Both the position numbers and the translations under genes were made by a program. The notes beneath the pieces were generated by a model. That model was not told where the DNA came from, did no database searches, and saw only the letters and a list, made by a program, of their open reading frames with translations. A stretch of DNA of 62,684 nucleotides, counting the filler, from an uncultured bacterium (lineage in GTDB: Bacteria > DYJV01): assembly GCA_964543655.1 (NCBI GenBank). It is 3 parts of 3 records of this genome, joined end to end, with 100 filler letters (N's around TTAATTAATTAA, not from the genome) between each part and the next. Parts side by side here need not be neighbours in the genome. Positions count along the whole stretch, not along the records: positions 29,458 to 52,585 come from CAZIZE010000084.1; positions 52,686 to 62,684 come from CAZIZE010000086.1; 1 more part is not named here. The stretch is one strand, 5' to 3'. Positions 42,261 through 53,159 of this stretch are shown here, piece by piece. Numbering within the stretch: position 1 is the stretch's first letter; each line of letters starts with the position of its first letter.

Positions 42261-43838
42261 ATGATCATTACTGAAATTCTTGCAAGAAATGCCAGAATGT
42301 ATGGCAATGAAACTGCATTAATTGAAAGAATACCAGCTGAGAATATTAGAAGAGAGATTACCTGGAAAGAGTTTGATGATGAAGCAAATAGAGTTGCAAA
42401 TTTTCTTATAAATTACGGGATAAAAAAGGGAGACAAGGTTATACATTTACTTGTAAACTGTCTTGAATGGCTACCCCTTTACTTTGGAATATTAAGAACA
42501 GGCGCATGGGTTGTACCACTAAACTTTAGATTTACTTCAAAAGATATTGAATATTGCACAGAAATTTCTGAAGGAAGAATATTATTCTTTGGTCCAGAGT
42601 TTATAGATAGAATAGAGGAAGCTAAACCAAATCTTGATAAATATATAGAAAAATATATTTACGTTACTGATGGCAAAACTCCATGTCCTGATTTTGCAGA
42701 AGACTACAATAATGTTATAAAAAATTGTTCTACAGAAGAGCCAAATATTGAAATAAATATAACAGATGAAGCAGGACTCTACTTTACTTCAGGTACAACT
42801 GGACAACCTAAGCCTATTTTACTTACACATAGGAACCTTGAAAGTGCATGTATTGTAGAAAATAGACATCACCTTCAAACACATGAAGATAATTTTATAC
42901 TTATTCCACCTCTGTATCACACAGGAGCTAAAATGCACTGGTTTGGAAATTTTATAGTTGGTGCTAAGGCAGTTATACTCAAAGGTGTAAGTCCTAAATG
43001 GATTTTGGAAGCGGTATCAGAAGAGGGTGGCACAATTGTATGGCTTCTTGTGCCTTGGGCTCAGGATATACTTACTGCAATTGAAATGGGAGAGATAAAG
43101 TTAGAAGATTACGATGTATCTAAATGGAGGCTTATGCACATAGGTGCTCAACCAGTTCCACCAAGTCTTGTTAGAGATTGGCTTAAAGTTTTTCCAGATC
43201 ATAAATATGATACAAATTATGGATTAAGCGAATCAACAGGCCCTGGATGTGTTCATCTTGGGATTGAAAATGTGCATAAAGTTGGTGCTATTGGAGTTCC
43301 TGGTTTTGACTGGGAATATATGATTGTGGATCCAGATGGTAATCCTGTTGAGAAAGGTGGAGTTGGTGAATTAATAGTAAAAGGCCCAGGTGTAATGAAA
43401 GAGTATTATAAAAATCCTGAAGCTACTAAAAATGCACTTAAAAATGGCTGGCTCTATACAGGAGATATGGCAAGAGTTGATGAGGATGGATTTATATATT
43501 TAGTTGACAGGAAAAAAGATGTTATTATAACAGGTGGAGAAAATATTTTCCCTGTGGAAATTGAAGATTTTCTACAGGATCATCCAGACATCCAGGATGC
43601 TGCTGTTATTGGTGTGCCAGATGAAAGGCTTGGAGAAATTGCCATAGCAATAGTAAAATTAAAACCAAATAGAGCTGTTACTGAAGAAGAAATTTTAGAA
43701 TTTTGCAAAAAATTACCAAGATATAAGCAACCAAAGAAGGTGTTTTTTGATGATGTGCCAAGAAATCCAACTGGTAAAATTGAGAAACCAAAACTTAGAA
43801 AAAAATATGCAGGAATTGAATCTGCATTTAAATTATAA
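42261..43838 (+). CDS. Acyl-CoA synthetase (class I adenylate-forming)
   Basis: FTSGTTGQPK, YGLSES, GWLYTGD, PRNPTGKI. Confidence 0.93.
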   Translation: MIITEILARNARMYGNETALIERIPAENIRREITWKEFDDEANRVANFLINYGIKKGDKVIHLLVNCLEWLPLYFGILRTGAWVVPLNFRFTSKDIEYCTEISEGRILFFGPEFIDRIEEAKPNLDKYIEKYIYVTDGKTPCPDFAEDYNNVIKNCSTEEPNIEINITDEAGLYFTSGTTGQPKPILLTHRNLESACIVENRHHLQTHEDNFILIPPLYHTGAKMHWFGNFIVGAKAVILKGVSPKWILEAVSEEGGTIVWLLVPWAQDILTAIEMGEIKLEDYDVSKWRLMHIGAQPVPPSLVRDWLKVFPDHKYDTNYGLSESTGPGCVHLGIENVHKVGAIGVPGFDWEYMIVDPDGNPVEKGGVGELIVKGPGVMKEYYKNPEATKNALKNGWLYTGDMARVDEDGFIYLVDRKKDVIITGGENIFPVEIEDFLQDHPDIQDAAVIGVPDERLGEIAIAIVKLKPNRAVTEEEILEFCKKLPRYKQPKKVFFDDVPRNPTGKIEKPKLRKKYAGIESAFKL

Positions 43839-43868
43839 AAAAACTCCCTCAAATGAGGGAGATTTTTT
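43837..43868 (+). terminator. Intrinsic terminator
   Basis: CTCCCTC-AAAT-GAGGGAG followed by ATTTTTT. Confidence 0.8.
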
Positions 43869-43876
43869 ATTTATTT

Positions 43877-44551
43877 ATGAAAAATATTTTAAAAAAAATT
43901 AAAGAAACTTATTCCACAGATAATCCAAATCTTATAAATCTTTTGAAAAAAGAAGATTTTATTAATATTGGCTATTCTGAAAACATTTTAGAAGATTATG
44001 AGTATCTTATAGAATTTGCATTTCCAGTTGTATATCCTTTTCCACCATTTCTTGATTTTAAGGGAAAATCTATTCTTGATTTAGGTTCTGGTGCAGGACT
44101 TGATTCTATTGTGGCATTGAGAAAAGGTGCATATAGAGTTATCAGTTTTGATATATCCATATCTTTTTTAAAATTATTTAATTTAGAGGGTATTTTAAAA
44201 ATTAATGGCACTATGCCTATTTTACCCTTTAAAATAAACTCTTTTGATGTTGTTATAATGAATGGGAGTTTTAATCTTGTAATAGATAAAACAGCTTTAC
44301 TTAAAGAATTAAATGTTATATTAAAAAAAGATGGATATTTAATTATTGGTGACCTTTTCTGGAAAAATATAACAAATAGGGATATATATAGAGATGACCC
44401 AGATGCTTGGAGCTGGTGTGTTGCCGGGGGGTTGACAGAAAACGAATTATTTAATATGGTCAATCAATATAACTTTAAAGTAGTAGATAAATTTTTTTAT
44501 GAGCAAATTGAAAATCTTGAAAGGATTAGATATATTTTGAAAAATGAGTAA
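43877..44551 (+). CDS. SAM-dependent methyltransferase, ArsM-like
   Basis: ILDLGSGAGLD, FDVVIMN, WSWCVAGG. ATG 43853 lies inside the terminator, so 43877 preferred. Confidence 0.8.
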   Translation: MKNILKKIKETYSTDNPNLINLLKKEDFINIGYSENILEDYEYLIEFAFPVVYPFPPFLDFKGKSILDLGSGAGLDSIVALRKGAYRVISFDISISFLKLFNLEGILKINGTMPILPFKINSFDVVIMNGSFNLVIDKTALLKELNVILKKDGYLIIGDLFWKNITNRDIYRDDPDAWSWCVAGGLTENELFNMVNQYNFKVVDKFFYEQIENLERIRYILKNE

Positions 44552-45278
44552 TTCTATTTTTCCATTTGTTAATTTAAAATCTTTTCCAAATGGTTGGAAA
44601 TGGCACGGTAAGTTAAAAGAATTTGTTAAAATAAAATATTATGACAAACTTAAAAGCATAGATGATAATAAAATAGAAGAAATTGCCGAATTTTTAAATG
44701 GTACTCTCTTAAATTTTAAAATTTTTGACAGTTTTAATTGGGCTCTTTACTTTAATCCAGTAAAACATTTAGAAATATATTTTTTATGTGAAAGAGCCCA
44801 GAAAAAAGGAGATAACTTTACTATACTTTTTGGCAAAAAATCATCTGCATTGCCGGTTCAGGATATTTATGGATTTGCCTTGATTTATCTAATATTTCTG
44901 TCTTTCATAGGAAATGATATAACATATTTAAATCAGTCAGAAATATCAGATAAATTTTATCCTATTGAGAAAATAGTGGCAGATAAAAGTATATATAAAA
45001 ACCTTATTTACAAAAAAATTCTTCAGCCTGATTTAAACTTTAAAAAGCTCATTGATGATATTGAAAATCTGCCATTGTTAGAAAACTATTCTATATCAAA
45101 GGATAAAATTGAGTTAATATTTGAAATTTTTAAAAATTTAAAATTGAAATTTCTCTTTTCTGATGAATTTAATAATATCTTCATATCTGCTAATAGCATT
45201 AACTCCATTCCCAAAAATATGATAATAAGCCTTGTAGGTTTATTTTCAAATGCTTTAAATAGAGAATATAAAAAATAA
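44544..45278 (+). CDS. Hypothetical protein, possibly DUF3786-like
   Basis: 244-aa ORF overlapping the upstream gene; weak motif resemblance only. Confidence 0.55.
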   Translation: MSNSIFPFVNLKSFPNGWKWHGKLKEFVKIKYYDKLKSIDDNKIEEIAEFLNGTLLNFKIFDSFNWALYFNPVKHLEIYFLCERAQKKGDNFTILFGKKSSALPVQDIYGFALIYLIFLSFIGNDITYLNQSEISDKFYPIEKIVADKSIYKNLIYKKILQPDLNFKKLIDDIENLPLLENYSISKDKIELIFEIFKNLKLKFLFSDEFNNIFISANSINSIPKNMIISLVGLFSNALNREYKK

Positions 45279-45295
45279 TTTAGGAGGGTTTCATT

Positions 45296-46123
45296 ATGAA
45301 AAAATTTTTTAGTAGTATGGTTATTAGTTTTATTTTTTTTACAACTTTATGCTTTGCTGGAAATATGACACCAGGACAAATGGCTGTTAAAAAGTTTAAA
45401 GCTTTTTTTAAAAATAGAGGAGTTAATGTAAAATTAATTCTTGAAAAAGATATTCATATAAAAGACCTTGATCTTAAAAATTTCAAATTTGTAATTATCG
45501 AACTTTCAAAAGGTAAAAGGAGTCAAAGACTTGCTTTTTTAACTGATGGAAAATATATGATTAGAGGTCTTGAAGAAATAGGCAAAAGAGAAAATTTAAT
45601 AAGCTACTATGAAAGCCTATATACAGTAGCCAAGGTACCTTTTAATAAAAATGATTTTATCTTAGGAAATAAAAATAGCAAAATAAAGATTGTTTATTTT
45701 GGTGATTTTCAGTGCCCATTTTGCAGAAGATGTATGGCTTATATAGAAGCAAAATATAAAGATAAAGTTGCTGTATATTACAAACATTATCCTCTTCCTT
45801 TCCATAAAAATGCTATTCTTCTTGCTAAGATTTATGAAGCAGGCAAAATAATGGGTTTTGATTTACATAAATTTGTTGAAACAGTAAATGGCGATAAGAA
45901 AAAAATAATGGAAGAATTAAAGAAAAAAATACCTGCAAATAAATGGGATAAATTCAAAAAAACTATGGAAGAAAAAAGTATAATGGAGAAAATTAAAAAA
46001 GGTGAAGCACTTGGGAGAAAATTTGGAGTAAGAGGCACACCAACTATATTCATTAATGGCCATAGAATTGGTGGTTGTAATCCACAGCTCATTGACCAAC
46101 TAATAAAAAGAGCAGAAAAATAA
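45296..46123 (+). CDS. DsbA family thiol-disulfide oxidoreductase
   Basis: Signal peptide, DFQCPFC, GVRGTPTIFING. Confidence 0.92.
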   Translation: MKKFFSSMVISFIFFTTLCFAGNMTPGQMAVKKFKAFFKNRGVNVKLILEKDIHIKDLDLKNFKFVIIELSKGKRSQRLAFLTDGKYMIRGLEEIGKRENLISYYESLYTVAKVPFNKNDFILGNKNSKIKIVYFGDFQCPFCRRCMAYIEAKYKDKVAVYYKHYPLPFHKNAILLAKIYEAGKIMGFDLHKFVETVNGDKKKIMEELKKKIPANKWDKFKKTMEEKSIMEKIKKGEALGRKFGVRGTPTIFINGHRIGGCNPQLIDQLIKRAEK

Positions 46124-46137
46124 ATACGAGGTTTAAA

Positions 46138-47454
46138 GTGAAGCAGATCAATCTTGGATTATGTGGATTTGGAACTGTTGGCAAAGGAGTATTTGATGTT
46201 CTTGAAAAGAATAGCAATTTAATTTCTTTAAGAACTGGAATAGATTTTAAGGTAAAGAAAGTTTTAGTAAAAAATTTAAATAAAAGAAGAAATATTTTTA
46301 GCAATGAGATAGAGTTTACTGATAAAATAGAGGATATATACAATGACAAAGATATTCACATAGTTGTTGAGTTAATTGGAGGTGTTGACACAGCAAAGGA
46401 AATTATCCTTAATTCATTGAAAAATAAAAAATCTGTTGTTACTGCTAATAAAGCTGTCCTTGCAACTTTTGGATATGATTTAGCAAAAGAAGCAGAGAAA
46501 AATAAAGTTGATCTATTTTTTGAAGCAAGTGTTGCAGGTGGAATACCAATTATAAGGGTTTTTAAAGAAACTCTTCTATCAGATAATATAGAGTATTTTT
46601 ACGGTATATTAAATGGCACCTGCAATTATATTCTTACTGAAATGACTGACAAAGGACTCTCTTTTAATGATGCTCTAAAGGAAGCTCAAGAAAAAGGGTA
46701 TGCAGAAAGTGACCCTACTTTTGATATAGAGGGAATAGATGCAGCTCATAAGCTTGCAATATTAATGATGCTTGCATACAATATAAGATTTGATTTTAAT
46801 AATCTATATGTTGAAGGAATTAGTAAAATTACTGATAGGGATATAGAATTTGCAAATGAATTTGGGTATTCAATTAGGCTTCTTGCAATTGCCAAGAAAA
46901 AGAACAGTAGCATTGAAGGTAGGGTACATCCTGTGTTGATCAAGAAAGATTCTATTTTATCAAATATCAAAGGTGTTTATAATGCAATATATGTAAAAAG
47001 TGAGTTCCTTGGGCCTTCACTTTATTATGGTAAAGGTGCAGGTAGATACCCAACTGCTAACAGCGTTGTAGCAGATATTGTGGACGCTGGGCTACATTTA
47101 ATTAACCGTGCAAAAAATATGAAGCCAGTTTTTACAATTAAAGGGAGTAGGATAAAAAAATATAAAATAAAGGATATTAATAAACTTAAAAGCAAATATT
47201 ATCTACGTTTTTCTGTTGCTGACATGCCTGGAGTGTTATCAAAAATTTCTGGAATTTTGGGTAAAAACAATATTAGCATAGAAGCAGTTATTCAGAAAGG
47301 AAGAGTTAAAAATATGGACCTACCTGTTTATATTGTAATGATAACACATGAATCACTGGAAAGAGATATAAAAAAAGCTATTAAAATTATCAATAATCTT
47401 ACAATATGCAAAGATGAAACTTTTTTTATGAGAATAGAGGATTTCAATGGCTAA
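46138..47454 (+). CDS. hom: Homoserine dehydrogenase
   Basis: GFGTVG, VTANKA, EASVAGGIP, GILNGT, C-terminal ACT. Confidence 0.96.
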   Translation: MKQINLGLCGFGTVGKGVFDVLEKNSNLISLRTGIDFKVKKVLVKNLNKRRNIFSNEIEFTDKIEDIYNDKDIHIVVELIGGVDTAKEIILNSLKNKKSVVTANKAVLATFGYDLAKEAEKNKVDLFFEASVAGGIPIIRVFKETLLSDNIEYFYGILNGTCNYILTEMTDKGLSFNDALKEAQEKGYAESDPTFDIEGIDAAHKLAILMMLAYNIRFDFNNLYVEGISKITDRDIEFANEFGYSIRLLAIAKKKNSSIEGRVHPVLIKKDSILSNIKGVYNAIYVKSEFLGPSLYYGKGAGRYPTANSVVADIVDAGLHLINRAKNMKPVFTIKGSRIKKYKIKDINKLKSKYYLRFSVADMPGVLSKISGILGKNNISIEAVIQKGRVKNMDLPVYIVMITHESLERDIKKAIKIINNLTICKDETFFMRIEDFNG

Positions 47455-48028
47455 AATTTTAAAATTTTTCATCTTTTTTTTAATTATGTTTATCCCTTTT
47501 TCTCTTATAGGAAAAGTATCTTACATAATAACTTTAAAAGGTGGTACTAAAATTAAAGCTGACTCTTATATAGAGAAGAAGGGTTACATTAAAGTTTTTA
47601 AGTATGGAGGATATATTATTTATCCCAAAAAAAATATAAAAAGCATTAAAAAATTAAACACCTACTCTGTTAATTCTTCACAAACAGATAATAACCCCAA
47701 AAATAGTAAAAGCAAAAGTAGTAAAAGTGTAAAAAAATGTATGCCTGTTGTTAAAAATTTTGAAGCAATTCCTGTATATGATGCTAAAAAAGATGGTTTT
47801 GATATAAAAGTAACAGGTCTAATAGACAACAACTGCCCAAAAATATTAGAAAATGTTAAATTAACTATAAAATTTTATGATAAAAACAACAATAATTTAT
47901 TAACAAAAACAATCCCAATAAAAAATATTTTATCATTTGATTCGTACAAATTTGAGCATATAATTAAAGATGAAATTAAAGGTGATATAAAGTATTACAA
48001 TTATAAGCTTGAGTTTTTAAAAAAATAA
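47447..48028 (+). CDS. Hypothetical exported protein (FxLYD-like C-terminus)
   Basis: Signal peptide; VTGLIDN...IKFYD. Confidence 0.6.
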   Translation: MAKILKFFIFFLIMFIPFSLIGKVSYIITLKGGTKIKADSYIEKKGYIKVFKYGGYIIYPKKNIKSIKKLNTYSVNSSQTDNNPKNSKSKSSKSVKKCMPVVKNFEAIPVYDAKKDGFDIKVTGLIDNNCPKILENVKLTIKFYDKNNNNLLTKTIPIKNILSFDSYKFEHIIKDEIKGDIKYYNYKLEFLKK

Positions 48029-49072
48029 TCTTTTAATATCTACTGCACCATATATGCACAGCTCATGGCAACAAAAGCATCTTATACACTTTAAATAATC
48101 AATTTCTAATTTTCCATCTTTATAAATTATGGCTTGTGGAGGGCATGAATTAAAACATTTCATACATTTTTTACAAACTTTATTGTTTATAGATGGCTTT
48201 GCCATAAAAATATCTGTTATAAATTTTGGTATTCTAAATCTTGCTGATTTACTTTTTGCACGCTTTATTTTTTGCAATTTTAAATTTAGCTCTGGTATCA
48301 AAGATTCATCTAATAATCCCCTCTTTGTAGCTTGATATGAAACAACTGTTTTACGTTTAAAACCAACCAATCTTTCAACTGCTCTATCAAGCAAGTATCC
48401 ATTTTGAGAAATTCCAAAAATTTTAAAATATTTTCTATTACCTGAAGTGGGGCCATTTCCTTCCATTCCTAATATACCATCAATTATATTAATTTCAGGA
48501 TTTACTGTCTCAAATATGTCTATTAATATATCAGCAAACAAATTAATATTATGACCTGCTTTCAAATGATATTTTACTTTCTCTCTGCCTACTATAAATC
48601 CATAACAATTTTTCACACAAAGAGTAATATCAGTCATGCAGTGTGTTTTTAATTTTGCTATATTGATAATTCTGTCAAAATTAAAAGCAGCATCTGCTAT
48701 TTTAAAGTTTTTTAAAATTTTGTTATTTTCCTTCTTAATTTCAATACATTTTTTAAAGTTATAAATAGAAATGTCCAATTTTTTTACAACTTCTAAAATA
48801 CCTGAAACTTTAAGATTAAGTTTTAAAGTGCCCACTCCAGGACTATCACCAATAAAAATTTTGTTATTAAAATCTTTTAAATATTCTCCAACAGCCTGAA
48901 TAACTGCTGGATGGGTATTAACTCCTTTATCTGCTGTTTTTGGAGAAATAAGGTTAGGTTTTAATAAAATCTTTTCATTTTTTAAAATTAAGTTATTGTT
49001 AATAAAATAATTATGCAAAAATTCTTTAATTTCCCTTAAATTATATTGTTTTAAATTCACCATATTCAGCAT
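48017..49072 (-). CDS. DUF362 + 4Fe-4S ferredoxin domain protein
   Basis: LLKPNL, KLKTH, GMEGNGP; CKKCMKCFNSCP and CIRCFCCHELC. Confidence 0.92.
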   Translation of the reverse strand: MLNMVNLKQYNLREIKEFLHNYFINNNLILKNEKILLKPNLISPKTADKGVNTHPAVIQAVGEYLKDFNNKIFIGDSPGVGTLKLNLKVSGILEVVKKLDISIYNFKKCIEIKKENNKILKNFKIADAAFNFDRIINIAKLKTHCMTDITLCVKNCYGFIVGREKVKYHLKAGHNINLFADILIDIFETVNPEINIIDGILGMEGNGPTSGNRKYFKIFGISQNGYLLDRAVERLVGFKRKTVVSYQATKRGLLDESLIPELNLKLQKIKRAKSKSARFRIPKFITDIFMAKPSINNKVCKKCMKCFNSCPPQAIIYKDGKLEIDYLKCIRCFCCHELCIYGAVDIKRLFF

Positions 49073-49185
49073 AAAATTATATAACTGTTAAATAAAAATT
49101 AAGTCAATAAATAAATTTAAATTTTTCTTGACTTTCTTAATAATTAAAATTAGAAATTATTAAATAATAAAATAAGGAGATTAGT

Positions 49186-52100
49186 ATGAAGCACAAAATA
49201 ACTTTTATAATCATTATTGCATTAACATTTTTATCAAATTTTCTTTTTGCTGACTCTCTTCCATTTCAGGGAAATCAAAATAGTATTACCGTAAATCTTT
49301 CATGCTCAACTCCTAACTGTACAGGGACTTTTTATTTAATAAATCAGAGTGACAATAAACCTATCTGGGCTGATGTTGAAAAAAACCTTACATTTAATGG
49401 TAGTGATAATTATACCTTTCAAAATATTGATAATGGAGAATATATTTTAGCAATTAGAGACAATAAAACAAAAGAGTTAGGTTGGTTGTTGGATAATGGA
49501 ACAGTTGTTTTTAATTGTTTTTTCCCATTATCATTAAAAACCTTTACTTTTACCAATAACAATTCATATAATTTAGATGTATCTCTACAACTTTCTTCAT
49601 CATGTTGTAATGGTTCATCAGTACAGTCAGATGAAACAACTGACTTTTCAATTTCATTTTCAGGGATAACTGATGATAATATTTCTGGTGAACTTTACAT
49701 TATACCTGAAACCAATTTCAACAAGATCTTACCAATAAAATTAAATATTTCGTCTAATACTGTAAAAGGATTTTTGCCAGCTGGGAATTATTATATCTGG
49801 GCTTATGTTAGTAGCGGAGATACAATTAAAAGTACCGATGGTTTGATAAAATTTAAAATTTCTGAAGAGGATGACAATAGTAAAACTATTGAATTAAATG
49901 ATGCTCTTACTTTAACTGTTAATTTCAGTGATGAAAGTTTTGATTTGAAAAACAGATGGTTACTACTTTTCAAAGAAGATACAGATGGAAATTGGAGATT
50001 ATTCTTTAGTAGAAAAATTTTTATAAAAAATGGAGAAACAGTAAATCTAAACTTTTTACCACCTGGAAAATATAAACTCGGATATATAAATGTACCAAGC
50101 AACTCTAAAGTATTAGATAATTTTGAAGGTATTAATTTTTATTCAGAAAATGGGATTGTTCATTCGCTTTCTGATGCATCAACAATAGATTTAGAATCCA
50201 ATACAGTTTTAAATTTAAAATTGAATCAACCTTATAAACTGGGGTTAAAACTTATTTCCAGTGTAAATGATATGATGTCTGTTTCAATTATAGCTGATTT
50301 ATTTTATCAAGGTAATTACATTGATACCATTTATAAGAAACCCAATATTTTTGGTGGTGCTACTATAGTTGGATTAACTTATAATCAAAACTTAAATATA
50401 AAAATTTTAAAAGACAATCTTTACAAAGAAATCAATTATACAATTACAAAAGATTCTACAATTGAAGTAACCCTTGATAAATTATCAAGAGAATTAAAAG
50501 GTGAAATATACAATGGGCAAAAACCTCTTTCTTATGCAAAGATAATATTTTTATCACAAGAAACAGGAGAGATTTTGTCTACAACCTGGACAGATAAAGA
50601 AGGAAAATTCTCATTTTATTTTCCTGATAAAATAAAAGAAGTTGCCATTGGTTTATGGTACAATGGGCACTTCTATTTTCTTAATTCTGATAAATTAACC
50701 TCTGATTGGGAAAAAACTCAAATTTATTTAACAAATAAAACATACAAAATAAATTTTAATAATGACAATGAAAGTTGTAATAAATCTATTATCATTTTTT
50801 CTGAAAATTTCCACGATTTTGGCTCTGTATCTGTGGGATTTGAAAAAAAAGCAGAAATAACAATTTTTAATGTAGGTAGTCAGAGTATTTCAATTAACAG
50901 CTTAAAATTTATGAAAAATGATGCAAACTCTTTTAGTATCGACAATTTTTCTTGTAATAAAATAGATGGATTTCAATCTTGTAATTTTTCAATTAATTTT
51001 TTACCCAATAAACTCAATACTTATAATGGAAAAATCGCTATTGATATTGGAAATTTGGGAGTTAAATTTATCAAATTATCCGGAAGCGGTAGTGTTTTTA
51101 ATGCAGATAATATTACAAATGAAATTAGTAACAGATTAGAAAATTTGTTAGACAATATTACAGAGATAAAAAATGGAACAGCAAACAATGATACCATTAA
51201 AGAAACTACAAATGTAATGAATACAATAATAAAAGATTTTTATAATTCTGTTAGAGGTATTACTGCTTTAATGGAAAATGGAGAAAGCATATCAGATAAA
51301 ACATTGAATAAAATTATAGAAAATTATAAAACTATTATTTCATATGCTAAAACTTTAAAGGATAATTCAGCCAATGTTGATATAGATACACTTTCACAAT
51401 CCTTATCATATTTTGAAAACTTGTCTAAAAATCTTATTAGCTCAGAAAATATTCAAACCTTAAAAGATATTTTTAATTCATCATTATTAATAACCGACCA
51501 ATTAAATGAATTAACAAAAACATCTAAAAATCCTGAAGAGATTAAAAGTATTGTGTCAAAATTAGATAGTACTATTAATGCAGGGCTTGAAGCTGCTGTA
51601 ACACAAAATGCTACTCCTCAAGAAGTCTCAGGATTAATTAATAGTGCTGGTAATGTAGTCAATAGTTCAATAGAACAGGCTGCAAAGGTAGCCAATTCCC
51701 AACAGCTATCTGAGATAATTAACAACTCAACCCAATCAATGGGTAAAGTATTTAATAATATTGATAAATTAAAAGCTAAAATGACTCCTGAAGTTAAAAC
51801 AGAGCTAATTCAAAAAGCAAAAAATATTAGTCAAAATATAACCCAAACAGTTATAACATCAGTTTCATCAGTAGCAAATAATAAATTTAAAACTGATGAT
51901 GCCAAAGAAGTGCGTTCAGGTGTTTCAGTAATGGCATCAAATCTGTTAAAGGTAACTGAAGATGGATTGGATAAAACAAATTTAGATTTATTAAAAAATC
52001 TATCTAAATCATTGGTAGAAAAGATCTCTGATGATATAAACCTTGATACAAACAATTTCTCAGCAGATACTTCAATTTCTTCTGATAAGTTAATAAAAGT

Positions 52101-52585
52101 TATTAATTTAGCTTCAATAGATATAACAGAAGGTGTTATCAGCCAGCCAAATATTAAATCATTAAATATTGATAATGATACTTCAAGTAAGATAGAACAA
52201 TTGTTACCTTCGGTTGTTGCTCCTACAAAAACAATTTACCAAATTGATAATCAAAGTATAAACTCTAAGTTAGTTGCTGAAGAGACAATTAAACAATATT
52301 TTCAAAATATTTCTTTTAAAACAAATAATTATGATGGTAGTGAAAAATTAACAATTGATAATTTTACTATACCAATTTTTATATCTAAAGCATCTATTAT
52401 TTCAAATAGTTTTAATGGTAACTTAGCTGTTTCCCCAAGAGGAAATATTGTTTTAATTAATAATGGAGTTACTGATGAATTATCTCCAGCGCCAGTTGAT
52501 TCAATTTCATTGATTTATACTCTATTAAGTCAATTAGGTATAGATAACAACTCTATAAAGTTCAACTCTAACGGTACTTTAGATT
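49186..52585 (+). CDS. Large secreted/surface protein, truncated by contig end
   Basis: Signal peptide, beta-sandwich repeats, HDFGSV Ig-like module, long Ser/Asn-rich helical region. Confidence 0.75.
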
Positions 52586-52685
52586 NNNNNNNNNNNNNNN
52601 NNNNNNNNNNNNNNNNNNNNNNNNNNNNNTTAATTAATTAANNNNNNNNNNNNNNNNNNNNNNNNNNNNNNNNNNNNNNNNNNNN
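52586..52685. other. Artificial contig linker
   Basis: Same 100-bp N/TTAATTAATTAA spacer as at 29358. Confidence 0.98.
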
Positions 52686-52793
52686 TTAGAATGACACCAA
52701 AAAGTCATTCTGCTCCTGAGCAAGGTGAAGGAAAAGATACATTACAGCTATTTATTTTTTTAATTTTACTATTTTTTATTGTGCAAAGCTCTT
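52686..52793 (+). repeat. Partial copy of the MITE family at contig start
   Basis: AATGAC..AAAAAGTCATT..GCAAG..GAAGG and TGTGCAAA end align with 39682-39808. Confidence 0.7.
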
Positions 52794-52821
52794 AAAATAT
52801 TCTATTTAAAAGGAGGGGTGA

Positions 52822-53157
52822 ATGAATTTACCATATGAAACAAAAGAGAGATATATTATTGCAAGTCCCGAAGGTAAAATTGATGCTACCAATGCTGATG
52901 AGTTTACAAATTTATTAAAAGAACTATTAGCTAAACAGAGCAATGTTATTATAAATTTTGAAAATGTTAATTATATAAGCAGTGCAGGATTGAGATCTAT
53001 CCTTATTGGTGCAAAAGAGGCAAAATCTCAAAATGGTAAATTTATCTTATGCTGCCTGCAAAAGCATATTTTTGAAATTTTTGAAATGACAGGTTTTACT
53101 CAAATGTTAAAAATAGTGCCAACTATTGAAGAAGCCCGAAGTATTGTAGAGGAATAA
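52822..53157 (+). CDS. STAS anti-sigma factor antagonist (RsbV-like)
   Basis: GKIDA, YISSAGLR phospho-Ser motif, IFEMTGF. Confidence 0.93.
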   Translation: MNLPYETKERYIIASPEGKIDATNADEFTNLLKELLAKQSNVIINFENVNYISSAGLRSILIGAKEAKSQNGKFILCCLQKHIFEIFEMTGFTQMLKIVPTIEEARSIVEE

Positions 53158-53159
53158 AA

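Noticed and set aside
44425-44450. Possible relic SECIS after the methyltransferase Cys codon
   Set aside because: Codon is TGT, and the weak hairpin is too close to it; GC richness is explained by Ala/Gly codons.
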